A DNA stretch of 64,000 bases from Candidatus Daviesbacteria bacterium RIFCSPHIGHO2_01_FULL_41_45 (GTDB lineage Bacteria > Patescibacteriota > Microgenomatia > Daviesbacterales > UBA10151), in assembly GCA_001776975.1 (NCBI GenBank), contig MFCS01000025.1, forward strand, positions 37,407 to 101,406, read 5' to 3'. The notes beneath the pieces are model-generated. The model was not told the origin of the DNA. It saw nothing but the letters and a program-made list of their open reading frames with translations, and ran no database searches. Shown piece by piece: positions 28,717 to 38,650 of the stretch. Each line of letters starts with the position of its first letter. The first letter of the stretch is position 1. A program made the translations under genes and the position numbers.

Positions 28717-29955
28717 TCAACGGATCTGCTCCAACAACTCAGTTACACTCATAAAATTGGTATTTTTATCTGCTCTTTTTTTAACCTCAATCTGATCATG
28801 GGTTCTTTTAGAGACAACTAGCCTGTAAGGAACGCCTATTAAATCGGCATCGGAAAACTTCTCACCAGCTGAGAGTCCGACTCTATCATCATATAGTACC
28901 TCCACACCGTCTGCGCTCAGTAATTGATAAACTTTTTCTGCCTGTGCTTTAATCTCTTCGTTCTCCAGATCCAACCCAATTAAGTGAGTTTTAAATGGGG
29001 CCACACTCTCCGGCCAGATAATCCCTCTCTCATCATGGAATTTTTCTACCAAAACTCCCAAAAGCCTGGAAACCCCGATTCCATAGCTGGCAAACCAGAG
29101 AGGTTTTTTATTTCCTGTTTCATCAGTAAAATTAACATTCATATTAGCAGCATACTTTGTACCCAGAGTAAAGATATGTCCTACCTCCACTGTCTTAACT
29201 TCTTTTAAAAGACCACTGCACTCAGGACAGTTGTTACTCTTTATTACCTCTACATTGGCAGCAAAATCACACTTTTCACAAAATAACACCATATCCTCCC
29301 CCGCGTCACATTCAACCTGAAATTCCTGAGTAAAATGCTCCGTGAACACCCCTCCAGACGCATTGACCACCCTAGTTTCCAAATCCATCCGGGTAAATAT
29401 CTTTAAATAGGCCTCTCTCACTTGGGCAAAATATACCTCCAGATCCTCCAAGGATACGTGAGCCGAATATAGATCCTTCATCAAAAACTCTCGGCCTCTT
29501 AAGATACCGGATTTAGCTCGCAGCTCGTTTCTGAATTTAGTAGAGAACTGATAAATTTTGATTGGTAGGTCTTTATAAGACAAATTATACTTTCCTAACA
29601 AATCCATCACTATCTCTTCATGAGTAAACGATAAACAGTACTCCCGTTCGGAGCGATCTTTTAAGCGGTACATAATTTCAGCTACCGCTGGGTCATCCCA
29701 TCTCCCCGATCTCGACCAGATTTCTTTGGGATGTAGTAAAGGAAGTTGAGCCTCCCAAGCGCCTGTGCTGTTTAATTCCTGACGGATAATCTGGTTTATC
29801 TTTGATACCACACGCAAACCCAAAGGGAGCAAGGTCCAAGATCCGGCCATTAATTGATCAATAAATCCACCCCTAGCTAATAACTGGTGGTTTATGGATT
29901 CAGCTCCACTCGGAGCCATTTTTAATGTCTTGGGGAAAATTGTTGAGTATCTCAT
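28717..29955 (-). CDS. proS: Prolyl-tRNA synthetase (bacterial-type, lacking the INS editing domain)
   Basis: Class II motifs and an anticodon-binding domain. 412 aa. Confidence 0.9.
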   Translation of the reverse strand: MRYSTIFPKTLKMAPSGAESINHQLLARGGFIDQLMAGSWTLLPLGLRVVSKINQIIRQELNSTGAWEAQLPLLHPKEIWSRSGRWDDPAVAEIMYRLKDRSEREYCLSFTHEEIVMDLLGKYNLSYKDLPIKIYQFSTKFRNELRAKSGILRGREFLMKDLYSAHVSLEDLEVYFAQVREAYLKIFTRMDLETRVVNASGGVFTEHFTQEFQVECDAGEDMVLFCEKCDFAANVEVIKSNNCPECSGLLKEVKTVEVGHIFTLGTKYAANMNVNFTDETGNKKPLWFASYGIGVSRLLGVLVEKFHDERGIIWPESVAPFKTHLIGLDLENEEIKAQAEKVYQLLSADGVEVLYDDRVGLSAGEKFSDADLIGVPYRLVVSKRTHDQIEVKKRADKNTNFMSVTELLEQIR

Positions 29956-29987
29956 CAGGTAATCTTACATTTTTAGAAGGATTTTAT

Positions 29988-31070
29988 CTAGGGAGGACAG
30001 CTACCACAAGATTGTAAACAAATATAAGCTAGGGCCACTCCAGCGCTATCATAACAGATGGCATTAGTTTGATTTTGATAACCCGCCTGTTCTGCCTCTG
30101 ACATACATTGAGCCGAGTTTGTTCCTTGTGGACACCCGGGGTAGGTAAAGGCTGGCGTAGGTGTTATTGAAGGACGAGGCGTAGGAGTGGCCAGCTCATC
30201 ACCCACCAAACTAAACCCTGAGCCATCAGTGGTTGGGGTAGGTGTCGCAAGTCTGGGAGTTGGGGTAAAAATTCTAATTACTCTCGGGGTTGGGGTGGCT
30301 GATAGTTGAGGCATCGGGGTTGGAGTATTAGCTGGAGTACTACTCCGCAGAAGGTTGGCAAGTGGTTGCAGTACTCCAATGGCAGTATCTATATTATCAA
30401 TTGCTTCTTCCACCGGACCTGATGAAGGCTGAGTTCCAGCAGGAATTACAACTACGGGAGCCTGTGGGGCTGTACTTGGTCTGGGAGTTGGGGTAATAGT
30501 CGAGCGGGGAATGGGACGTGGTGTAGCTGTAATAACTATAATGACCACCTCTGTTCCCTGTCTTTGAGGAACCTGAATTAAAACTGGTGGGGGGGTGGGT
30601 GTTGCAGGGACGGTTTCTGTCCTGGTAGAACTTGGTTGTTGGGATACTTGTGATTGAATATCTACCAGCTTTTTTCGTCTATCTTTTAACTCCTCCAACA
30701 TCTTATTGGCTAACTCTTTTTTTTGCTGTTGGTTCTGTAAATTTATAATCTCAGATGTGGCGATATCAGTTTGGGATATTAACTCTCGAAGAGTCTCAAC
30801 TGCCCTGGTATTATCACCTTTGGTAAATAATGCTGCTGACTCTTTAAACCTCCTTTGGGAAAAATCTACTCTAAAATAGGCTCTGGTAGACGGATGAACC
30901 GAAAAAACAGCAATAATCACGTCTTCTAACTTCCTTTTGATTGGATAGGTTGCATCTCCTGGAACAGCATTTTGCGAAGCTAACACTAATCCCGTTGGAA
31001 TCAACAGAACAAACATCGCCACCAAAAGCAATAGACTGAGCAGCTTCGCCATAATTTCAGAGACTACCAC
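29988..31070 (-). CDS. Secreted/membrane-anchored Pro/Thr-rich protein with an N-terminal DUF5667-like domain and a Cys-rich C-terminus
   Basis: Signal anchor. PGDATYPIKRKLEDV (DUF5667-like). Long TPTPRP low-complexity linker. C-terminal CPQG...CMSE...CYDS...CLQSCGSC. Confidence 0.6.
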   Translation of the reverse strand: MVVSEIMAKLLSLLLLVAMFVLLIPTGLVLASQNAVPGDATYPIKRKLEDVIIAVFSVHPSTRAYFRVDFSQRRFKESAALFTKGDNTRAVETLRELISQTDIATSEIINLQNQQQKKELANKMLEELKDRRKKLVDIQSQVSQQPSSTRTETVPATPTPPPVLIQVPQRQGTEVVIIVITATPRPIPRSTITPTPRPSTAPQAPVVVIPAGTQPSSGPVEEAIDNIDTAIGVLQPLANLLRSSTPANTPTPMPQLSATPTPRVIRIFTPTPRLATPTPTTDGSGFSLVGDELATPTPRPSITPTPAFTYPGCPQGTNSAQCMSEAEQAGYQNQTNAICYDSAGVALAYICLQSCGSCPP

Positions 31071-31074
31071 TACA

Positions 31075-32163
31075 CTATACCAGGAATTTGTAGATATCGG
31101 ATAAAGCGACCAGTACCATCAAGGTTAATAGAATCACCATGCCAACAGTATGCACCCACTTCTCAAGGTTAGCATTAATTTTTCTTCTGGTAATCAACTC
31201 TACTAACATAAATAATATTCTGCCCCCATCCAAAGCCGGGAAAGGCAAAGAATTAAAGATAGTTAAAGTTAGAGAGATCACTCCCACAAACCACAGGTAA
31301 GGTATGGTCGCTTGCCAACCATTGGAGACAAAATTGTGAGCTACTGCCCCTATTTGAATGGGTCCAGCCACTGAAGCTGAGACTTGTTTGTAGTTTCCCT
31401 GCCCAACATCAGAAACTAATCTTCCTAAACCTTGAAAGGTTAAGCGGGTTATATCAAACGAGTAAGTAATACCTGAGAAAAATTTCTCCAGGGGAGTTTG
31501 GTATATCTTAAATGGGACCGGGGAAAAAGCCACCCCAATCCTACCTTCACCGTTTTCCATCAACTTTGGGATTACCTCTACCACTCTGGTGGTTTTACCG
31601 TCAACATCCGAGAGCGTTAAGCTCACCTGATTATTTGCCTGAGAACGGATTAATCTAACAGCGGTATCGACATTTTCTATCTGCACCGAATCAACCTTGG
31701 TAATCTTCTCTCCCACTCTTATACCCGCTTCTTTAGCAGGAAAATTATCACTCAACTCTGCCACCACCACAGCTGATTCCAGGGTTGGGTAAATTATTCT
31801 CCAGTTCTGATTAATTAAAACTATGTAAAATAACATCCAGGATAAAACCAGATTAACTACCACTCCTGCCCCAACTATTAAGATTCTTTGTCCTACTGGT
31901 TTGGTCGCAAACGATCTAGGGTCGCTACGGACAATCTTGTCTGCTTCGTCCTCACCCAAAAGCCTGACAAACCCTCCGATCGGCAAAGCATTAACTGATA
32001 CTCTCGTTTCACCAAACATCCTGGACCAAATTTTGGGAGGAATTCCAAATCCAAACTCTAATACCTTTACCCCAAACTTACGAGCCACTAAAAAATGTCC
32101 CAACTCATGGGAAACAACCAAAACTAGTAAGGTAATAGCAAAAACCACAATACTTACTAACAT
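31075..32163 (-). CDS. rseP: RseP-type site-2 zinc metalloprotease (M50, PDZ-containing)
   Basis: HELGHFLVARKFGV HExxH in the first transmembrane segment. PDZ domain. C-terminal LDGG motif. Confidence 0.9.
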   Translation of the reverse strand: MLVSIVVFAITLLVLVVSHELGHFLVARKFGVKVLEFGFGIPPKIWSRMFGETRVSVNALPIGGFVRLLGEDEADKIVRSDPRSFATKPVGQRILIVGAGVVVNLVLSWMLFYIVLINQNWRIIYPTLESAVVVAELSDNFPAKEAGIRVGEKITKVDSVQIENVDTAVRLIRSQANNQVSLTLSDVDGKTTRVVEVIPKLMENGEGRIGVAFSPVPFKIYQTPLEKFFSGITYSFDITRLTFQGLGRLVSDVGQGNYKQVSASVAGPIQIGAVAHNFVSNGWQATIPYLWFVGVISLTLTIFNSLPFPALDGGRILFMLVELITRRKINANLEKWVHTVGMVILLTLMVLVALSDIYKFLV

Positions 32164-32717
32164 TAAATTTGCATTAACTCAGCTTCTTTTTGTTTTCCCA
32201 ACTCATCAATAATACCGATGCTTCTATCAATCAACTCCTGAAGAATCTTCGCTCTTCGATCAAACTCGTCCTCCCCAAAGACGTTACTTTCCATCTCCTG
32301 ACCCCAACCCTCCCTAATATCCTGCCTAATCTGTCTCACCTCAATCCGCACTCCCTCCATTTTTTGATGTGATAACTTGATATACTCGACCCTTCTTTCT
32401 TCTGTTAGCTGGGGAATGGGTAGTCTGATTAATGTTCCATCATTAGAGGGATTTAGACCTAAATTAGCCTCCTGAATACTTTTTATAACATCCTGCAAGA
32501 TTGAGACATCCCAAATTTGGACAGTTAATAAATTTGGTTGGGGAGCGCTAATCGTTCCTACCTCCAGTAACTTCATTGTGCCACCATAAGCTGAGACTGG
32601 AACATTCTCAATCAAAGATGGGTTGGCTCTACCAGCTCTGATGGATGATAACTCCACTTTTAAGTGTTCTAGGGCTGATTGGATTCGCTGGTGTGCTTCA
32701 ATAAGGACTGGATCCAT
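32163..32717 (-). CDS. frr: Ribosome recycling factor
   Basis: Full-length RRF similarity. Confidence 0.92.
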   Translation of the reverse strand: MDPVLIEAHQRIQSALEHLKVELSSIRAGRANPSLIENVPVSAYGGTMKLLEVGTISAPQPNLLTVQIWDVSILQDVIKSIQEANLGLNPSNDGTLIRLPIPQLTEERRVEYIKLSHQKMEGVRIEVRQIRQDIREGWGQEMESNVFGEDEFDRRAKILQELIDRSIGIIDELGKQKEAELMQI

Positions 32718-32752
32718 AACCTCATTATCTACGAACTATTCGTTATTTACAA

Positions 32753-33208
32753 TTATTGTCCCAAGACTATCCGTTCAAATCTGCCTATTTGGATATTCTC
32801 ACCCAGTTTAGCTACCACCGATTTAACCAAAATATCAATTGTTAACGAACTATCTCTAATGTATTCCTGAGTTAATAATTCCTCTACTGTTGAAGGGTTC
32901 ATAGAAGCTACCTGTAGCACCAACTCATGGGCTAAATTTTTAAAATCATCCGTTTTGGCCACAAAATCTGTCTCACACAAAAGTTCTAGTAAAACCCCAA
33001 CCTTACCATTATGTGAGTAAACCTCAACTACCCCATTTTTAACCTCTCTGTCTGATTTCGAGTTTGCTTTATCCAGGCCTTTTTTCTTTAAAACTTCTTT
33101 AGCTTGCGCCACATCTCCATCTGCTTCTTCTAACGCAGACCTGACATCGGCAATTCCTGCCCCAGTTTCTTCTCTAATTTTTTTGATGTCTTCAATATTT
33201 ACACTCAT
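32753..33208 (-). CDS. tsf: Elongation factor Ts (short form)
   Basis: N-terminal UBA-like IKKIREETGAGIADVRSALEEADGDVAQAKEVLKKKG. Confidence 0.88.
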   Translation of the reverse strand: MSVNIEDIKKIREETGAGIADVRSALEEADGDVAQAKEVLKKKGLDKANSKSDREVKNGVVEVYSHNGKVGVLLELLCETDFVAKTDDFKNLAHELVLQVASMNPSTVEELLTQEYIRDSSLTIDILVKSVVAKLGENIQIGRFERIVLGQ

Positions 33209-33214
33209 GAATAT

Positions 33215-34057
33215 TTAGACTACTTTACGCTCTGACTCCGCCAAAACTTTTTTCTCAACTTCTTCTTCAGCCACTGCTACTTCTGTAGCAATTACCGCAC
33301 CTACTGTCTCCTCCGGTTTTGACTCTGAATCAGCTGGCTTAACTGTTCCCACAACGATACCCCCATCTTGTAATCCTTTGCCATAGCTGTCAGCCACAGC
33401 GTCTATTAAAATCTTTAATGATTTAGTAGCGTCATCATTACCCGGAATTGGGTGAGAAATGATTAAAGGATTAGAGTTAGAGTCAGAGATGGCCACCACC
33501 GGAATTCCCACCCTAGTTGCTTCATTTACTGCAGTTTTCTCCCCCACTGAATCTACAACAAAGATGGCTGCTGGGATTCCTTCCATACTGGCCACCCCAC
33601 CCCATTGAAGTTCAAACCTTACCAATTTACGAGTTATTAGCAGTTGTTCCTTTTTAGTATACCGGGTTAGCTCACCTTTGGCTTTTTCCTCTTTTAAGGC
33701 ATTTAGTTTGTTGATATTTTTCTTGATCTCATCAAAATTAGTTAACAACCCCCCCATCCATTTAAAGGTTACATAGGGGGCCTTAACTCTGGTGGCAGCT
33801 TCTTCAATCAATGGTTGAGCCTGCTTTTTACTTCCTACAAACAACAAGACCTTGCCATTTTTACCTAAATCATAAACAAACTCACAGGCCTCTTTTAATT
33901 TAGCCTCTGATTGTTCCAGGTTAATTATATGAACCCCATCGCGCTCACCAAAGATAAACCTCATCATCCGAGGGTCAGATCTTCTGGTTTGGTGCCCAAA
34001 ATGAACACCGGCCTCCAATAGCTCTTGCATGGTGGGAACTTTAATGGTACTTGGCAT
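33215..34057 (-). CDS. rpsB: 30S ribosomal protein S2
   Basis: Full-length uS2 similarity with an acidic C-terminal extension. Confidence 0.93.
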   Translation of the reverse strand: MPSTIKVPTMQELLEAGVHFGHQTRRSDPRMMRFIFGERDGVHIINLEQSEAKLKEACEFVYDLGKNGKVLLFVGSKKQAQPLIEEAATRVKAPYVTFKWMGGLLTNFDEIKKNINKLNALKEEKAKGELTRYTKKEQLLITRKLVRFELQWGGVASMEGIPAAIFVVDSVGEKTAVNEATRVGIPVVAISDSNSNPLIISHPIPGNDDATKSLKILIDAVADSYGKGLQDGGIVVGTVKPADSESKPEETVGAVIATEVAVAEEEVEKKVLAESERKVV

Positions 34058-34111
34058 AGGTTTTCCTTCAACACCTCCAACGTATGAATATTCAGGAAAA
34101 CAAAACGCTGG

Positions 34112-34957
34112 ATGTTAGATAAGGGTCATTCTATCAAACTCAAGCCTATAAAATCAAGACATTGCATCAATCAACTAAAAAGGCTTAAGGTAGGAGCAAT
34201 AAACTTTAAATTTATGCCTGAGATTTGTTTAACTGGTCAAATTGCCGATCTTTTCAGACTTCAACAAGAAGAAAACAAGCGCGATTTTATTCCCATAAAC
34301 GATTTCACTAGTCAGCACTCTGTTTTTAACGGTTTTTTGGCCTCCAGACTTTTTGGATCTATTTTAGCTGATTTGAAAACATCCTCATGCAGGACAGCGT
34401 TGTCTAATCCAAGTGTCTGGGAATATTTTTTTAAAGAACTGCGCGGACGAGTCTTCCAGGACTTAGCATTTTATAAACTAAGCAAGCAACAACCTGTGAA
34501 TCAGACGGTGTTATCACCCAAGCATACCCTTACCATTTTTCATACTCTATACCCTGATATACCCAAAAAGAAACACCGATTAGGATTAGACACCCTCCGA
34601 TCAGTCCCTCCACATGACGCACTAATTATCCGCGATATGGCAGGTATACCTATTACAATTGGGGCCTGTGAAATGACACTTCATGATGATCTTGGGAATT
34701 ATAGGCGCAAATACTCCTGGTATAAAAGACATAAAAGTCGGTCACCAGATCTAAGGTACGCTAAGTGTTTATTTATTGTTCCCCAGGGCACTAAATCTAC
34801 CCCGAAAGAAAAACCGACCTTACAGATTATATCTGTAGACTTTGATCGCATGAGGTTTAATTCGTTAATGGGAGAAGTTCTGCAAATCTCTGGAGACGCA
34901 TCTTTAGTCAAAGCTCATCTATTACATACATTAAGAAACAGAGTGTTACCTGGCTAA
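34112..34957 (+). CDS. Hypothetical protein (281 aa), no recognisable domain
   Basis: Long ORF filling the rpsB-folA gap. Lone plus-strand gene in a long minus-strand run. Confidence 0.45.
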   Translation: MLDKGHSIKLKPIKSRHCINQLKRLKVGAINFKFMPEICLTGQIADLFRLQQEENKRDFIPINDFTSQHSVFNGFLASRLFGSILADLKTSSCRTALSNPSVWEYFFKELRGRVFQDLAFYKLSKQQPVNQTVLSPKHTLTIFHTLYPDIPKKKHRLGLDTLRSVPPHDALIIRDMAGIPITIGACEMTLHDDLGNYRRKYSWYKRHKSRSPDLRYAKCLFIVPQGTKSTPKEKPTLQIISVDFDRMRFNSLMGEVLQISGDASLVKAHLLHTLRNRVLPG

Positions 34958-35436
34958 CTGCCTCTTTCCAAAGTCATATATTTATAACTGTAATCTCCTG
35001 ATTGATGATTCTCTTCTTCTATTACCTTATTAAACCCAGAATAATCCGGGAAATAAACATCACCATCTAAGTCTCCTTTTATGAGTGTTAAATAAATCCG
35101 CTCTACTTTATTCATTACCTGTTGGTAGATCTCACCTCCACCGATAATAAATATCTCCTGGGCTCCAGGATTACCTTGAGCTTGTTGTAGAGCCTGCTCT
35201 ACAGAGTTCACTACAATACACCCCTCTGCTTTATATGTTGCATCCCTGGTGATAATAATATTTGTCCTGTTTGGTAAAGGTCTGCCAATAGATTGATGAG
35301 TTTTCCTACCCATAATAATCGGGTGTCCAGTGGTAATATTTTTAAATCTTTTTAAATCCTCTGGGATGTACCAAGGTAACCCTCCTTTTTTCCCAATCAC
35401 CATATTTTCAGAAGCAGCAACAATAATACTAATCAT
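34954..35436 (-). CDS. folA: Dihydrofolate reductase
   Basis: MISIIVAASENMVIGKKGGLPWYIPEDLKRFKNITTGHPIIMGRKT. Confidence 0.93.
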   Translation of the reverse strand: MISIIVAASENMVIGKKGGLPWYIPEDLKRFKNITTGHPIIMGRKTHQSIGRPLPNRTNIIITRDATYKAEGCIVVNSVEQALQQAQGNPGAQEIFIIGGGEIYQQVMNKVERIYLTLIKGDLDGDVYFPDYSGFNKVIEEENHQSGDYSYKYMTLERGS

Positions 35437-35567
35437 TGATTCATTGTGGCAACACCGGGTGTTGATTAGCTTCTAACATCGGGTTAATTACCTATTCCCA
35501 CCTCCAATGTAGGATGTTAACTTTTGGAAATCATAATTTCTGGAGTGGCATACATAAATTCTCATTG

Positions 35568-36578
35568 TTAAATTGTTTTAGGTTTTCCTTCAAATAATCC
35601 ACCCGAGACAGAAAGCTCGGCTTTTAAAACTGGGTGGGGATCATAATTTAATAGTTGAACATGCTCTGGCTGAAAATCCTCAAGTGTGGTGAGCGCCGGA
35701 TTTAGTTGGATGGTTGGCAACTGTTTTGGGATTCTGATTAGCTGTTCTTTAGCTTGATCCAAATGATTTTCATAGATATGAACATCCCCAAAAGTATGGA
35801 CAAAATCACCTACTTCGTAACCAGTAACCCTTGCCAAAATTATAGTTAACAGTGCATAAGAAGCAATATTAAACGGTACCCCCAAAAAGATGTCGGCACT
35901 TCTCTGGTAAAGATGGAGTGACAGCTTTCCATCAATTTGATTAATTTGGAACATATTATGGCAGATCGGAAAACGGCAGGCATCCTCATAAGATGCCATA
36001 GTATAAAGGTACTCTGGATTCCAGGAATTAACGATACAATTGTGGGCATTTGGATCCTCAACAATCTCATTGATCGCCCATTTTAACTGGTCAATAGTTC
36101 TCCCCTCCGTTCTGGTTGGCCACTTCCTCCAAAGCTCTCCATAAATCCTCGGCAACTCTCCCCATTTTTTAGAAAATTTTGCATCACTGGTAATTTTTTC
36201 AATAAACTCATCTTTACTTAAAACCGGTAAAATATTATCCTCACAGAATTTTTTATAAATTTTGTAGGGGTAATCGTCCCATATGTGAACCCCGTTATCC
36301 AGTAAATATTTAATATTGCTGTCACCTTTTATAAACCAACACAGTTCATGCAAAACCCCTTTCCAAAACACCTTCTTAGTAGTTAAGAGTGGAAAGCCTT
36401 TTGAAAGGTCAAACCTTATCTGACGACCAAATAAAGAATAGGAGGCATCCCCAGTCCCTCGGTCAACTTTTCTAAACCCCGTTTCTAGGATCTCTTTTAA
36501 TAAATTCAAATATTGATGCTCCGGATGTTCAGTCTCGCTATGTAAATCTACACCATTACCTGCTTTTGTCTTTAACAT
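35568..36578 (-). CDS. thyA: Thymidylate synthase ThyA (N-terminally extended)
   Basis: FPICHNMFQ...LHLYQRSADIFLGVPFNIASYALLT. Confidence 0.93.
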   Translation of the reverse strand: MLKTKAGNGVDLHSETEHPEHQYLNLLKEILETGFRKVDRGTGDASYSLFGRQIRFDLSKGFPLLTTKKVFWKGVLHELCWFIKGDSNIKYLLDNGVHIWDDYPYKIYKKFCEDNILPVLSKDEFIEKITSDAKFSKKWGELPRIYGELWRKWPTRTEGRTIDQLKWAINEIVEDPNAHNCIVNSWNPEYLYTMASYEDACRFPICHNMFQINQIDGKLSLHLYQRSADIFLGVPFNIASYALLTIILARVTGYEVGDFVHTFGDVHIYENHLDQAKEQLIRIPKQLPTIQLNPALTTLEDFQPEHVQLLNYDPHPVLKAELSVSGGLFEGKPKTI

Positions 36579-36579
36579 A

Positions 36580-37308
36580 CTACATTACTACTCCCAAACT
36601 GGGAGCAATCTCCTCTCTAAATAAAACGTGACTCCAAGCCTCTGGTTGAATCTGTCCACCTCTGGATAGGGCTAAGTACTCAGCAGGAGTAGTATACAGA
36701 TATCTAACATTCTCTCCTCCCTCTGTCCTAACCAACAACTCACTTTTGGGTAATATCAGGTCAATCCTACAAGCCAAACCTATGTGAACCTTGCTAATCT
36801 CATCAGTCTCATCCTTAATCAGTCCAGTAGGGGTAATTTTCATAACTTTTTTCATCGCTCTTAAATCTAACTTTCCATCAGTACCCATGAACTGTAACGG
36901 CTGTCCACCCACCCTTACCTCAGCCTCTTCATCCATCTCCCTATAAAAAGAATCTCCCAGTTTTAGATCACTTGGTTCAATATGTCCTCCAAGTCCTAAA
37001 GAAATCTTTCCAGCTAGCCTAGTCTCAGTATACTGCCCACCACCACCTCGCTGATACATTAAAAAACTATTATCTGGACGAATAACATATCCTACCAAAA
37101 TCAGTTGTTGCCACGATAAATCATTTTCTACGTTTTGTTCGCCATATCTTGGACGATACTCACCAACTCTATGTGCTAAATTCAGAAAACTTCGTAGAGT
37201 GCCCCGTTCATCCAATCGTTGATATAAAGATTGTCCATCACAATCTGCAGGAATAAATCCTGCTTCAACTAAGCTAGATCTCGGTATAGCGAAACACTCT
37301 TTAGCCAT
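36580..37308 (-). CDS. Nudix-superfamily hydrolase with a non-canonical Nudix box
   Basis: LILVGYVIRPDNSFLMYQRGGG...GLGGHIEPSDLKLGDSFYREMDEEAEV, with an extended loop between the G-x5-E and RE-x-EE elements. The probable start is the internal ATG at 37308, 1 nt after the stop of the upstream dcd paralog. The track ORF extends to 37407. Confidence 0.55.
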   Translation of the reverse strand: MAKECFAIPRSSLVEAGFIPADCDGQSLYQRLDERGTLRSFLNLAHRVGEYRPRYGEQNVENDLSWQQLILVGYVIRPDNSFLMYQRGGGGQYTETRLAGKISLGLGGHIEPSDLKLGDSFYREMDEEAEVRVGGQPLQFMGTDGKLDLRAMKKVMKITPTGLIKDETDEISKVHIGLACRIDLILPKSELLVRTEGGENVRYLYTTPAEYLALSRGGQIQPEAWSHVLFREEIAPSLGVVM

Positions 37309-37309
37309 C

Positions 37310-37879
37310 TTAAACTTGTTGCTCCTTTTTGTGGGATGAGACCCTACCGCCTTGGTGCTGTCCGCGATAGGAGACAGTTTTGCCTGAAATTTGTAAAAAT
37401 ACCACATTACAAATCCTAGCTCCTAATTGAAGTTTGACCGGAAAAGGTCCTAAATTTGTTAACCCCATGGTTAACCCGCCCTGATAACCCGGATCGGTTT
37501 TAGTGTTTAATAACAATAGTCCAGCCCTAAAAAGACTACTCCTGACATAAACTATCGGCATTAAATCTTGTGGGGTATTTAAACTCTCCCAGGTTTGCAC
37601 TAAATAATAATCCCCTGGCTTAACTGTCAACGTCTTTTGATTATCCGAGTCTGGATCAAATCTATATATCTCTTTGGTAGTAACCCCTTTTCTTTTTCCT
37701 AACCCCACCTTCCCATCAGCTTCTATAAAAGCTCCACCTTTGATAATTTTGTGGACTGATCCCAACCGTAAATCTACCCCCACTCCTTCCGGGTTCTCTA
37801 ATTCCCTAGCTCCTAGATTCTCCAGCAATTTATCTTTTTTAATTCTTTTTAATACTTGATCTAACCCCAAAACAGCCAT
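37310..37879 (-). CDS. dCTP deaminase/dUTPase-superfamily protein (divergent paralog)
   Basis: GVDLRLG and PGYQGGLT motifs of the Dcd/dUTPase beta-barrel. Confidence 0.7.
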   Translation of the reverse strand: MAVLGLDQVLKRIKKDKLLENLGARELENPEGVGVDLRLGSVHKIIKGGAFIEADGKVGLGKRKGVTTKEIYRFDPDSDNQKTLTVKPGDYYLVQTWESLNTPQDLMPIVYVRSSLFRAGLLLLNTKTDPGYQGGLTMGLTNLGPFPVKLQLGARICNVVFLQISGKTVSYRGQHQGGRVSSHKKEQQV

Positions 37880-38611
37880 CTAAATTTTCACCTTTCTAAC
37901 CCCTGGTTCATCTGCCACAATCGGAGTATTACTCCCCCCATATCTACTGGTTGGGCGTTCCATATAACTTCTGTCCACTGAAGCTCCTAGCTTTTCAAAT
38001 GAGAAAGCACAGATCGGTGCACCCTCATAAATGACAATTTTTTTACCTCTTAAAAATGTACCAAACTCTAAAACTGGCGCCCCATCCCAACCTGGATCAA
38101 ATCTAGCAGCTGTTGAATGAACCACCACCCCTATTCTGGCCAAAGACGATTTACCATTAAGATGGCCTACTATATTGTCCGGTAAAGTTAACCTCTCTTT
38201 GGTAGTAGCTATCACAAAATCATTCTCGGTGAGAATAAAGGGTTGTCCCGGTTTTAAAACTACTGTTTTCATCATCTCCTCTATATCAGCTTTACTGGCA
38301 TGCTTAGTATCAATAGTGTCCAACCCTTCCCGGTTAAAAACCTTTAAAACATTCCCTAAATGAAAATCTATGGTTACCTCATCTACCTCCAACTCCCAAT
38401 TTTCTGGAAGGGGATCAATTTTAATCACTCCCTTTTTAATCAACTCCCGGATGGCCCAATCAGGTAAAGTTCCTGTTAAGTTACCTGCTGAAAGCGAAGT
38501 CTTATTCGACTCTTTTTGAGAAACTGTTTGTTTTAGAAACTGCAATATATCGGAGTTGCTGGGTCCAGACATATTCAAGCCATTGATGTTAGCCTTTTTT
38601 ATTCTTGGCAT
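37880..38611 (-). CDS. dcd: dCTP deaminase
   Basis: VDEVTIDFHLG, GHLNGKSSLARIGVVVHSTAARFDPGWDG, GAPICAFSF. About 45-aa low-complexity N-terminal extension. Confidence 0.85.
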   Translation of the reverse strand: MPRIKKANINGLNMSGPSNSDILQFLKQTVSQKESNKTSLSAGNLTGTLPDWAIRELIKKGVIKIDPLPENWELEVDEVTIDFHLGNVLKVFNREGLDTIDTKHASKADIEEMMKTVVLKPGQPFILTENDFVIATTKERLTLPDNIVGHLNGKSSLARIGVVVHSTAARFDPGWDGAPVLEFGTFLRGKKIVIYEGAPICAFSFEKLGASVDRSYMERPTSRYGGSNTPIVADEPGVRKVKI

Positions 38612-38650
38612 AATCGAGTCTAACTAAGTTATACAAACTACTCAATATTT

